From Thecamonas trahens ATCC 50062 (lineage: Eukaryota > Protista > Apusomonadida), in the NCBI RefSeq assembly GCF_000142905.1, contig NW_013657671.1, forward strand, positions 186,001-250,000: DNA of 64,000 nucleotides, written 5' to 3'. A program made the translations under genes and the position numbers. The notes under the pieces are model-generated. The model was given only the letters and a program-made list of their open reading frames with translations. It had not been told where the DNA came from and did no database searches. Positions 11,106 to 21,547 of this stretch are shown piece by piece; position 1 is the stretch's first letter; each line of letters opens with the position of its first letter.

Positions 11106-13649
11106 CTATCCGCTCATCTGGGCGGCAAGGATGTCGCAGACTTCGGCATGGAAAGAAGAATCGGTTGAGTTGCGCTTCTCGTACTCGATGGACTTGGCGT
11201 GGGAAAAGACAAAGAGAAAGCGGACGGCGACGTGGTCAGCGTTGGGGACGACCCAGATGTTGTTCGACTTGCGGACCTCGGAGGTGTCGATCAACTCACA
11301 CAGTGCGACACAGATCATGTTCTCGGGATCAAGGAACCGGGCCTCATACTCGTCGGCGTCGGCAGTCGTGGCGGCAACCCTCGTGCCGCGCCCGGTGAAT
11401 CGCGAGTTCTTAGTCGAGTAGCCCATCGAATACGAGAGCGTGGTCGACAGGTAGATGCCGCTCCCATGCGCAGAGCCATGGCGCTGCAGCTTGGTCCCTG
11501 ACGCCGACACCAGGCCGCGTCGCGAGATCGAGTGCCAGTTCTGAGTCGGCGAACCGTGCCACGCAAACTTGGATCCATGCTTGACCTTGAGCTCCTGGAA
11601 GACAGCCTCCTTCTCGGGCGCAGATGAGAGCATGAGGTACTGGAAAGGGGTCTTGATTTGCAGCCGCTGCTCCGGCGGGAGCAGCACAATGTGCGACCGG
11701 TTGGATGAAATGAGCCAAGCGAGGAGCGGGTAGGCAAACCGGTTGGCCTCGTTGAGCCGGTCCTGCAGCTGCTGTGCAGACGACACCGACGCCATCTCGG
11801 CCACAGGCGGGAACGAGTTGAGGATCTCGCGCAGAATAGTAAAGTCCTTGTTATCCGGGTCGAGGACCACCACCTGTCGGTCGTTCGGATCGTACAATCG
11901 CGGGAAGGGGTCGAAAATGAGCTCGGCCTGCGCGTCGGTAGCAGCGGCCACGGCAAAGCAGACCAGCAGGTCGATGATGGCGGTGCCGAGAGCCAGCTCT
12001 GCCGCGGCGTCGGCGGCCACGCCCAGATCCTGAAAGGCAAACGAGCAGATTGTCCGCGAGCAGACTGACGGCTTGAGCATGAGCCCAGATGCAAAGAGGT
12101 GCGGCTGGTCGCAGATGATGCAGACCGAATTGAGATGTGGCGTCCGTGCGTTGAGATACGACACAATGAGGCTTGGCAGGCCGTGATCATAGTCGACCAT
12201 GTTCTCAACGTCAAGAGCGCCCAAGCCGTCGTCACCAGCAAAGATGGCGCCGCTGTGCGGGGAAGCCGTTTTGGCAGCTGGTGAGGCTTGGCTTTCCTCG
12301 TCGGCCCGGCCGCTCAGCGTCTCGCCGTGCGCAATGCTGAGCATGTGTGCGTACGAGCCCGGAATCGGCCCGCCCGGCGGGTCGTCCAGCAAGCTTTCAC
12401 CGCGAGTCAGGAGGAGCTCTGTTGCCTCCTCCATCGTCGCTGCGATGTTGAGCGCCGCAATCGCAGCCTCGAGTGGGAAGCCCATATCAGTGAGCGCAAC
12501 TGCCACCTGCAACAGCTGCATGTGAGCAAGCGAGTGGTTATCGGAAGCGGGCGCGGTGAGTGCAGCGGAAGTCGTCGACGTCGCCGACGTCGCCATTGAG
12601 CTTGTGCCCGCCACATCGTCGATCGTGTCCTTTCCCTTACCCGCGTCCTCGCAAGGAATGGCACCGTCGAGATGGCAGTGCTTGAGCCGGGTCGACAGCT
12701 CGCTCCATATTTTGCCGAGGAAGCTGTTAAGAATGTTCCGGAGCTGGAACGCGAGTAAGAATGGCTTGTCCGAGTCCTGCGAGACCCGCACCCGCGGCGG
12801 ATCGCGCGAGAAAAGGTACGAGGTCGGCACCAAATCAAACTCGATGAGCACTGGGGTGGACATGTCGACGCCCCAGGCCTTGCCGGTCATCCGAGTGAGC
12901 GGCGGCCACCACTGGAGGGTGAGCGTACCCGAGTCAAGACCGCGGAGCGCAGTAAAGTCAGCGCGGCCCTTGCCATGAAGCGACTCAAAGATGGCGACGT
13001 CGCGGGCGAGGAGCTTGTGGCCGGAGATGGCACGACTCGAGACTGCCATCGGATGCAAGTCCTCCTCATCGTCAGAAGAAGAGTATGATAGCTCGAGCAC
13101 GCACTCTGAGTCCGAGTAGAGCGAGAGGATCGAGTCAACCGTCGAGGCCCGGGTCACATGGCCCACGTACGGCACGCCGAGCCGCTTGGCCACCATTGCG
13201 CACGTCTCATCGACAATGGTTGTCAGTGGACCCGAGACTAAACTCATCGATCCACCATCCAGCAGCGAGCATGGCTCGTCCGGGTAGCCATCCGCCATGA
13301 CCAGAGTCAGCGCCACACTCTGCCCGCCAAGTCCGTCTCCGATCTCCATGCCGACCGTGTTGGCTTCCGGATCGTACTCCAACCCTGAAACCAGCCATTT
13401 ACCCCCCACAATCGCACACGCATTGTGCCACCATTGTCAATCATTGGGATGGTGAGTCTGTGCCAGAACTTGGCATGTCCGTCCGTCTTGGTTCTTCGGT
13501 TCGGCAACTGGCTTCCATTCGCCTTTCCACCACCACCCCCACCCCCTACCCCATGCCCTGTGCGTACTCTGGATCATCCGGTTGGCCTGGTGCGCGGCAT
13601 GGCATGCTGCAAGGTCGCTTTCAATACGCTCGCGAAGCCATGACGACAT
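11106..13649 (-). CDS. PARP6/PARP8-like mono-ADP-ribosyltransferase with UBA domain; exons 13649-13568 and 13384-11106
   Basis: FAWHGS..NWHSI..GL, GSGIYLS..SYSMGY, NNIWV (H-Y-I type); Zn motif CIICD..LKPSVCSRTIC; UBA LTDMGFPLEAAIAAL; intron GTACGC...TTTCAG restores MIQR-LEYD. Confidence 0.85.
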
Positions 13650-13837
13650 AGTCCAGCGTCAGGTGCCTCCCCCTTATTGCGTGGTCAACCCCAGTCGGGC
13701 GGGCAGGCACCAGCCGAGTCGCACTCGGCAGCGGGGGAGGAGGGAGGAGGAGGAGGAGAGTGTGTGTTCATCAACAAGCTAGGCCAGACAGGATCATGGC
13801 CCGGGGCAAGCCCACGTGAGAGAGAAGGTGGCTTGTT

Positions 13838-16522
13838 TCAAGGGCTTGGGCTCGGGATCGGACGAGGGTACGAGACTGCGGGTGCCCGGGTGGTGGTCGT
13901 TGTCGTCGAGGAGAAGCGGTCGGTGGTGGTGGTGGACGAGGCGGTACGCGGCTGGGCGAGGTGCGACTCGATGGCGGCCGAGATGGCGTCGAGGTTGGCC
14001 AGAGTCGACTCGATGGCGAGCGAGTCGATGGAGGCCGAGTCACTGGAGATGAGTGACTCAGCATCGTCGTCGTCGTTGTAACCGGTCTGGGTGTGGACAG
14101 GGCTGGCGCCCGAAGCGACAAGCTGCTGGTTGAAGACCGCCTGGCGGTGGCGGAGCTGCTCGAGGAGCTGGGCCTGCTGGGCCTGGACGGCGGCGGGCGA
14201 CGAGGCCCGCGACGAGGCGGGCGACGAGAGAGCCGAGTGGGTGGCGCCGCCGTGGGCGGAAAAGTGCGAGCGCAGCTGGCGCTGGAGCTCTGCGGTCTGG
14301 GCCTCCATCATCTCACGGCGGGCGCGGAGCTGCTCGGGTGTCGCCTGATGGAACCGCTGCTTGGCAGCCTCAAGCTGCTGCAGCCGGTGGTGGCGCGCGG
14401 CGTCGTCGGGCGAGAGCGCTCCGGCACTCATGGAGCTCTGAGAATACCCGCCTGGCGAGGCGTAGTACGAGAGGCCGGGCGAGGCCGGCGTCGACGAGAC
14501 GACCGGGACCGGCGAGGCGGCGGAATACATGGCGGCGGCGCCGGGCTGTGGATGCACAATATGATCGGGCGACATGTGCAGCTCCGGGTGCTTGCGCAGG
14601 TACTGTTCCGGCGGCGTCGTCGTCTCGTGGCCGTCGGGGTAGATGTACGTGATCGAGGTGATCTGCGCCGGGCCGGGTGCTTCGGGCCCCGGGAGGTGCG
14701 AGGGCTGCGGCGGGTAGTACGAGAGCGACGGAGCAAAGACGGGCGGGCGCGGCGGGCGTGGCGGCTGCGGCGGAGCGGGCGATGGGGCTGGGTAGACGTA
14801 GCCTGGCTGCGGCGGGCGCGGCGGAGGAGGAGGCGGCGAGTGAAGCGGGCGAGTCTCCTGGCGGCGGTGGCGGCGGATGGTGGTGATGACCTTGCGGCGC
14901 GGAATGAGGTGGTTGGCCTCGAGATAGGCCTCGACAGCGTTGAGCGACGACTGCAGCATCTCGTGGGTCGACTCGGAGCGAGCGAGGAGAAAGTTGAGCA
15001 ACCGCTCGCGGTTGATGTCGATGGCCTTGACATGGCGAAGCTGGGCCTGGAGCGGGAGCTCCGGGTCGAACGCGCCCTTGCGGGCGAGAGGGTCTTCGCT
15101 GCGGCTCTTTGTGCGAGCGCGCGAAATCTCGGCGTCAAGCTCGGCGGCCAGCGCCTTGGATGCCTCTGCAGCCTCGCGGGCAGCCAGCATGTGCTGGACG
15201 CGCTCGTTGGTGACGGTGGTGGTCGTCTCGAGTGCCCCCTCCATCCGCACGCACTCGCCGATCTCAGGCGGCATTTCCTCTAGCGGGAGCGTGGCGGCGA
15301 GCCGGCGCAGCTCGAGGCTCTCTTCGGTCGAGTAGACGGCGAGGCGGAGCTCCTCACGAGCGACCGTTGCGCGCTGAGCCTGCTGCTCGAGGTCTGCGAT
15401 TTGGTGAAAGGCCGACGCGAGGTCGGTGTCGAGGCCCTCCTGCTCGGCGAGCACCGAGTGAATCTTGAACTTGAGAGCCTCCTCCGAGTCGGCAGCGTCG
15501 GCAATGTCCTCGCGCATGGCGGCCAGGACACCCGGCAGCGGCTCGTTGTCGCGGAAGAGGGCGGCAAGCTGGCGGTTGGCCGAGATGAGCCGGCGGACCT
15601 GGTACTCTTCGCGCAGCAGCTGCGCCGTGGCCCACTGCTTGGTACGCTCGATCTCGGCGCGGACGAGCGCGGCCTGGCGGTTGATCTCGGTCTGCGAGAG
15701 GCCGGCGGCAGCATCGATGACGATGCCGTTCTTGTCGCGCTGGACCCGCATCGGCGCGGCCATCGGCAGCCGGCGCAGCTCCTCGGGAGCCGGTGGCATG
15801 TTGGCGGTGAGCATACGCTCGGTCTCCTGCAGAACCCGGAGGCGGCGGGCATGGGCCTGGCGCTTGGCCTCGGCCTCGGGATCCTCCGACGGGCCGACGG
15901 CGGCGGCAGCAGCATCGACACCGGCTTCAGCATCACGGGCTGCGCGCCGGCGATTGCGGCGGGCAGCGCGGACGGCAGCGGCGTAGGTCGGCGGAATGCC
16001 CTGGTCGTTGCGGGCCTCGGCGACCTCGTCGTCAGTAAACGGGTTGCCGTCGTCCCACTCGGCCTCGAGCGCGCCAACGTGGTCCTTGCCTGCCGCAGCA
16101 GCCATAGCGGCGTCATGTCGCGAGTCGACTGCATGCTTGCCTGCTGTTCTGCCCAGCTTGCCTGTCGTCGCCGCCGACTTTCTCCGGGCCTTTCTGCCCG
16201 TCGTCGACGACGTCGACGAGTCCCGCCGGCGGGAACGGCGACCAGCCGGGTCAAAGACCGGCACTACGTTGACGTCCTCCTCCCAGCCACGACCATAGCC
16301 TTCGCTTCCGTCGGCTCCAGTTGACGTCTCCTTCCGTGCTGCCGCCCGCCGCCGCCTTGCCGCCTTGTCATTCCGGCGTCCCTTGGACTCGGCCTGGCGC
16401 CAGTCGGAGACCTCGCCAAGGACGGCCGAGGCCGACGAGGTCTCGTCCTCGGCCACAGCCTCACGCCGGTCCTTGCCCTGCTTCTTGCTCTTGCTCTTCG
16501 ACCGGTGCCGCTTCTCCCCCAT
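13838..16522 (-). CDS. Hypothetical protein: basic N-terminus, coiled coil, Pro-rich region
   Basis: ~890 codon ORF with the same GC3-rich codon style as neighbours; ATG 16522 (MGEKRHR). Confidence 0.7.
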   Translation of the reverse strand: MGEKRHRSKSKSKKQGKDRREAVAEDETSSASAVLGEVSDWRQAESKGRRNDKAARRRRAAARKETSTGADGSEGYGRGWEEDVNVVPVFDPAGRRSRRRDSSTSSTTGRKARRKSAATTGKLGRTAGKHAVDSRHDAAMAAAAGKDHVGALEAEWDDGNPFTDDEVAEARNDQGIPPTYAAAVRAARRNRRRAARDAEAGVDAAAAAVGPSEDPEAEAKRQAHARRLRVLQETERMLTANMPPAPEELRRLPMAAPMRVQRDKNGIVIDAAAGLSQTEINRQAALVRAEIERTKQWATAQLLREEYQVRRLISANRQLAALFRDNEPLPGVLAAMREDIADAADSEEALKFKIHSVLAEQEGLDTDLASAFHQIADLEQQAQRATVAREELRLAVYSTEESLELRRLAATLPLEEMPPEIGECVRMEGALETTTTVTNERVQHMLAAREAAEASKALAAELDAEISRARTKSRSEDPLARKGAFDPELPLQAQLRHVKAIDINRERLLNFLLARSESTHEMLQSSLNAVEAYLEANHLIPRRKVITTIRRHRRQETRPLHSPPPPPPRPPQPGYVYPAPSPAPPQPPRPPRPPVFAPSLSYYPPQPSHLPGPEAPGPAQITSITYIYPDGHETTTPPEQYLRKHPELHMSPDHIVHPQPGAAAMYSAASPVPVVSSTPASPGLSYYASPGGYSQSSMSAGALSPDDAARHHRLQQLEAAKQRFHQATPEQLRARREMMEAQTAELQRQLRSHFSAHGGATHSALSSPASSRASSPAAVQAQQAQLLEQLRHRQAVFNQQLVASGASPVHTQTGYNDDDDAESLISSDSASIDSLAIESTLANLDAISAAIESHLAQPRTASSTTTTDRFSSTTTTTTRAPAVSYPRPIPSPSP

Positions 16523-16844
16523 CCTGCCTGGGGAGTATATCAGTGACAAAGTCGAGTGTTGGTCCTTTGGGCGCTGAAGGGGGGAGGGGGGGAGTGTCAA
16601 CGGGTGAGGTGGGTGGGGGGGGGGGCGGAAGGGGGCTGGGCGTGTGATGGCCGTTGAAAACCAACGGCTGGGGATGGGGAGGGGGGGAGGGGGAGGGGGG
16701 GAGGGGGGTGCCTACATTGCAAATTTTTTATTGCTCTCTATCAATCTCGATACGGAATTATCCATCGCGCAAGCCGCGCTCCGCGACGCCCCGCAGACGT
16801 CGCAACGTCCATCAATCGCGGTAAAAGAGTAGTACAATGTGTTA

Positions 16845-17483
16845 ATGGCTGCTATGGCCACTGGGGTGCCACAACAGAAAACAGTCGGCGATGCGAGCTC
16901 GCATGCGTCTCGCTGGCCAACTACCTGGTCGTCGTCGCCGGCGATTACGAGCCCAAGCCCAGCGACGGCCTCAAAGAGCCAGAGGAGGGTGTCGATTGCC
17001 GACATCGTTGTCTTGTTTATCGCCAAGGACGACCTCAAGCTCTCGATCAAGCTCCCCGAGTGGGGCACGAGCAAGGCGGTCGCCGGCTTGGCGAGGACGT
17101 CGAGCACCCGACGCTCCTCACGCGCCTCCGTCTTGCTTCTCATGTCGGCATCGGCCACGCCGACCGGCAAGCTCGTCCGTCGCAAGAATATCCACAACGT
17201 CCTTGCGCTCCCCCATCCGGCCGCTGTGTTCAACTCTGTCATGCTCTACTTCCCGGTCGTCGAGGTCGTCAACTACAAGCTCCGCACCGTCCGCCCACCG
17301 CGACGACAACTCGTCAGGCGGGCATCTACGTGTCGGCCGCCATCACGTGCGGGCGCGCCTCCCACCTCAAGCCGCAGGCCAAGCAGGCGTCGCGCAGCGT
17401 CGGCCGGTGACCTGGAAGTCAAGCATCATCGAGTTGTTCACTTTGAGACGCGCGACAACGCGTCCGAACGACCGAACCGCTAA
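16845..17483 (+). pseudogene. Degenerate coding-like segment ending in a dispersed repeat
   Basis: Patchy protein-like stretches (IVVLFIAKDDLK, VMLYFPVVEVVNYK); 3' end is similar to 38095-38160 on the minus strand. Confidence 0.3.
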
Positions 17484-17599
17484 GGGCTATCAACCACTTT
17501 GCAACCACGAAGCACCCACCATGCATCAGATGCTCTTGCCTCTGCGCACAGCCTGTCGCTTACATCCCGGTTGTTTGACTTTGTACTTATTGCCACAGT

Positions 17600-18646
17600 T
17601 TACGCAAACAGTTTGCGGGCACGGGCATCGTCGATAACCTGATGCGGGAGAACCGGGTCGGAGTGGCCGAGCGGCGACGGAGTGTGCGAGGTGGAGACCG
17701 AATCGTCATCGTCGGCCATGGTCGGAGTGGCGGCACCTGAGTCACCAGAGGCGGTCTCGCGGGCCTCCGAGTCGTCGTCAAAACCGATCTCGAAGACGGT
17801 AGAGGCGGCGTCGCCAGCTGACGCCGCGGCGGCCTTCTCGGCGGCGACAGTGAGCTCGGCCTCGAGGTCAAAGTCGATGGGCTCCGGCAGCGGGTCCGAG
17901 TCCTCGACGCCGTCGACCAGGTACGGCAGGACCATGGCGTCGCGGATGGCCTCAGTATCGCCGATGAACCGGGCGACAAAGGCCGGGTCGACGGCGGCAC
18001 CCGAGAGGGTGGGGCGGACGGCCGGCGCGAGACCAGCGTTGACGGCGACGGCGGCCGAGATGGACGATGCAATGCTCTTTGCATCGCCAAACGTGTTCCA
18101 GTTCTGCGTGACCACCACCGAGCCAGCCGCTTCCATGTCCGTGAGGAACTGGCCGTACCACTTGTGCAGGCCGGCGAGGTAGTCGAGCGGAATGCCCGAC
18201 TCGCACTCGCGGCAGCGCTCGTGCAGGATGCGGCGATGGCACTCCTTGGGGTCGACGTCAAGGTAGAGGGTGACGTGCGGGACCGGGAGCGCCTCGAGCA
18301 TGCGGGCGCGCAGCGCCATGTAGTACGCGTAGCCCTCTTCAGAGATGAAGCCATCCTCGCGGCACTTGTCGGCAAAGACCTTGTCCGAGAACACCGACCG
18401 ATCGAGAATGACACCCTGGCCCGAGGCAGCCATCAGATTGAGCGCCGCAATGTAGGTGTAGAACCGCTGGCGAACAAGCCAGAGCTGCATCTTGAGGCCC
18501 CACTTGAGCGGATCCTTGTAAAAGTGCTCCAGGTACGGGTTGGTCAACGTCGGCTCCATGAACACCTTGCACCCGAGCAGCGGGCCGAGTGCCTGGGCCA
18601 GCGTCGACTTGCCCGCAGAGATATTACCTTCCAGAATTACAAGCAT
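17600..18646 (-). CDS. Deoxynucleoside kinase (dNK/dCK/dGK family)
   Basis: P-loop ILEGNISAGKST, YLEHFY.D..KW..KMQ, ILDRSVFSD.VFA, lid ERCRECE.GIPLDYL..LH. Confidence 0.92.
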   Translation of the reverse strand: MLVILEGNISAGKSTLAQALGPLLGCKVFMEPTLTNPYLEHFYKDPLKWGLKMQLWLVRQRFYTYIAALNLMAASGQGVILDRSVFSDKVFADKCREDGFISEEGYAYYMALRARMLEALPVPHVTLYLDVDPKECHRRILHERCRECESGIPLDYLAGLHKWYGQFLTDMEAAGSVVVTQNWNTFGDAKSIASSISAAVAVNAGLAPAVRPTLSGAAVDPAFVARFIGDTEAIRDAMVLPYLVDGVEDSDPLPEPIDFDLEAELTVAAEKAAAASAGDAASTVFEIGFDDDSEARETASGDSGAATPTMADDDDSVSTSHTPSPLGHSDPVLPHQVIDDARARKLFA

Positions 18647-21547
18647 GCTACACACTGTCTTTGGTGAGTTGCTTCATCCGCTGCCTCAACAGGGAGGTAG
18701 AGGGGGGGGGGGGAGGGGGAGGGGCCGACGGCGCGCGAAAGTAGATTCTAAGCATCAAATGCTATTCGCCCGCCACAACCTGGCGCTATCCAAGGCAGAG
18801 GCAGGGGCACCCATTGTGGGGGGTCTTCAGTAGGGTATGGGGGAGGAAAATGGGGACGGGAGGGGGGAGAGGGGGGGGGCTACGTTTGGCTAGTGGTGGA
18901 GGTGGAGGCGTACGTGGGTGACGGGAGGCGAGCTGGCGCAGTGGGGTGTCCGTCTGCTCAAAGCTGCCGAGGGGGAGCTGACGACTGGCCACCAACCAGG
19001 ATGGGATTGGGAAAAGACGGCGGAATGTGGGGGGGGGGAAAGGCGGGAAGGGGGAAGGGCGCGCGTAGAATCTGCAGTCTCCACATCCCCCCCTTCACGC
19101 ACACGCACATACACACACTGTCACGTCATCACACGCATTGCGACCCACATGCCACCGCCCCCGCGCCCAACCCCCCCCACACCCCCCCCCTATCCTCCTC
19201 AACCTCCCCTCTCACTTGCTTTCAGCTTGATCATCAACAGGATGCTACACAGATCAGCATCAAACAAATCCAGATCCCCCCCCCTCTCACCCCACATCGC
19301 CTCGCCTCAAATGGCAAACTCTGTCTGACACTGTCTCCCTCCCCTCCCCCTCCTCCCTCCCCCTACCACACACACACTGTCACGCACACCTGTCTTTGTC
19401 AAGACATGGTGTGGGGGGTTTGGAATGCTTGTTGATTGCTGTGCAGAATAGGCGCACAGGGGGGGTGAGGGGAGGCCTGGTGTGTGTGGACCTGGGGCTA
19501 CCAAGGGGTTGACGGTGTGTCGCTGACCGACGAGTGGAGGAGGACGTGGGCAAAGGAAGGGGTTGGGAGAGGTTGGATGGGGATCAAGGGCGGCATATGG
19601 CGGTGGGTTGGCCGGTATGGGAGGCTATGACAGCTGGTGGTCCATTGGTGTGGAGATGGAGGGGATGGAGGGCGAGAAGGAAAGGGATGCTGGTCGGACG
19701 GGATCGATGGTGGTGTTGCCTGGTTGTGTGTGTGCGTGTGCCGGAAGGCAAGGGGAGGCAGAATGAGCTGGAAGAAGAAGGAGAGAGATCTTGGTCCTGG
19801 TTGGAGAGGTATCCTTGGCGGTGGTGGTTGCGCCACTGCGGTCGGCAATGGTCTGGTGATGGCTTGGCCAGACTGGTGGCGGATGAAAGGGTGCACAATG
19901 ATGATCGTTTTGTTTCCTCGGATCGGCTGGGGAGGGTGGCTACTGCGGGTGGAAGAGGGCAGATCGAGCAAGTTGTCGGTTGCAGACCGCAAACACTGTC
20001 AGTGGTGCTGTTGCTCTGCCGCTTGTCGGCGAGCCTCTGCAGCTCTGCCCCTCTCCCTGCGAGCAGAGTCCGCCGAGTTTCTTGACGCGGACTCTGCTAG
20101 CACCCTAACCCTAAGAGTTGTTTTCTTGCCTTCCCCCCTCACCCCCTCTCTTCCCTATTTCCTGCCATTGTAATCCTCGCGATGCTTGGCGCCTCTGGGT
20201 CTGTTTCTCCTCGGGTTTGGATCCCCAAGGCGCCTGGTTCTTCCCCTGCCTGCGCTCAATGCGCGCAATGCAAACCCGTGGCACAGATGCTGGACGGCTT
20301 TCCCCAGCCGCTGACATGTTTGTTGCTGCAACCTGGCCGCTGCTATCGCGGCACTAGCCATGTGCTGTGGCTGACCAAGGCGCACGGTGGCCTGCGGGCG
20401 CGAGTGCTGTCCAACAAGCCTGCCCATGCGCAGGAGAGCGATTGCGCATCAAGGCGCGCGGCCGAGGGCGCGAGACAACGGACCCCCCATACCCGTGGCT
20501 CGCACGCAAGCGCCTGTGTCTGCAGGCTCTTGGGATTCCGGCTCGAGCTCGGCGCCTCGGCGCGCGACTCGAGCCGAGACGGTTCGCCCTCGTCCTTTTT
20601 ATGCCTGCCGGCTTGCCTTTTCATCCGGGCCCACCCCGGGGCCGGCAGGCGCCTGTGATCCCAAGGCCCGCCCTCGCTTGCTCTTGGCTTCTTGCCTGCC
20701 CTCGCCTCTGGCTGCGCACCTTGCGCGACCGCGCCCGGGCTTTACTCGGCTCCTGAACGTGGTCAGGCATGGAAAGTCCGCTCTGCTCGATGTCTTGCCT
20801 GCCGAGCGCCCAGCCAAGCCGCGATGCGGTGCGCCAAGGCACCTGCTCGTTGTTTTTTTCTGTGTCCTCCTTCCTCCTCCTCCTCTCTTCGCCAGCCGCA
20901 TCATCTTGTCCCAGTCTCGGAGTTTACGGCCCGCCACGTCATCGCCAGCACAAGGTGCCCAACATTGTATTCCCCCCTCCGCCGCCGAACCGTCTCCACG
21001 AGGATCTCGCTCTCACTCTCTCTTTCTCTCTCTTTGCTCGACATGCTGTTGCACGTCGAGACTGCTCATTACGCCGTCTGTACCCTTGTTGATGGCCTGC
21101 ACCAGCTCACACCCTCGCGCTCACATTCTGATCTGTCTTCTCCCCATCTCTCCCTGCTTCCCACACACTCTGTCTCTCCCCTATCTTAGCCACTGGTCTC
21201 TCCTCCCATGTGTACCGGCACGTCTCCACGCCTGCCTCTCTCCTCGCCCAACTCTCACTTTTCCTCTTCTCCGCGCACCCTCCCTCCAACGCACGGCACA
21301 TACGTACCACCATTTGCCCCAACTCGCGTACCCGGTTCTCCCCTCCCTCTGATGCATGACGCGGTCAACCTGCATGCACGGCATGGCGCAAGCTGCCCCT
21401 TCCCCCCGTTTTCTCCATGCTTACTGCACGGACAGAAGCGAAACCTTCTCTCTCGCTACACACACACATCGGATAGCCTAGATAGATAGATAGCCAAAGA
21501 CTGCATGCATAGCGCAGCGCGTTTGTTGTGGTCGGTTTAATCCTGCT

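Noticed and set aside
13790-13880. Possible further -1 break giving C-terminus YPSSDPEPKPLKQATFSLTWACPGP*
   Set aside because: No conserved motif to decide between frames; not counted.
4900-18646. NAD/nucleotide cluster (NMNAT, PARP, dNK) as a defence or metabolic island
   Set aside because: Interspersed with unrelated genes in mixed orientation; all are ordinary eukaryotic families.
20103-20114. CCCTAACCCTAA as a telomere or chromosome fusion scar
   Set aside because: Only two units; can arise by chance or be a small promoter motif.
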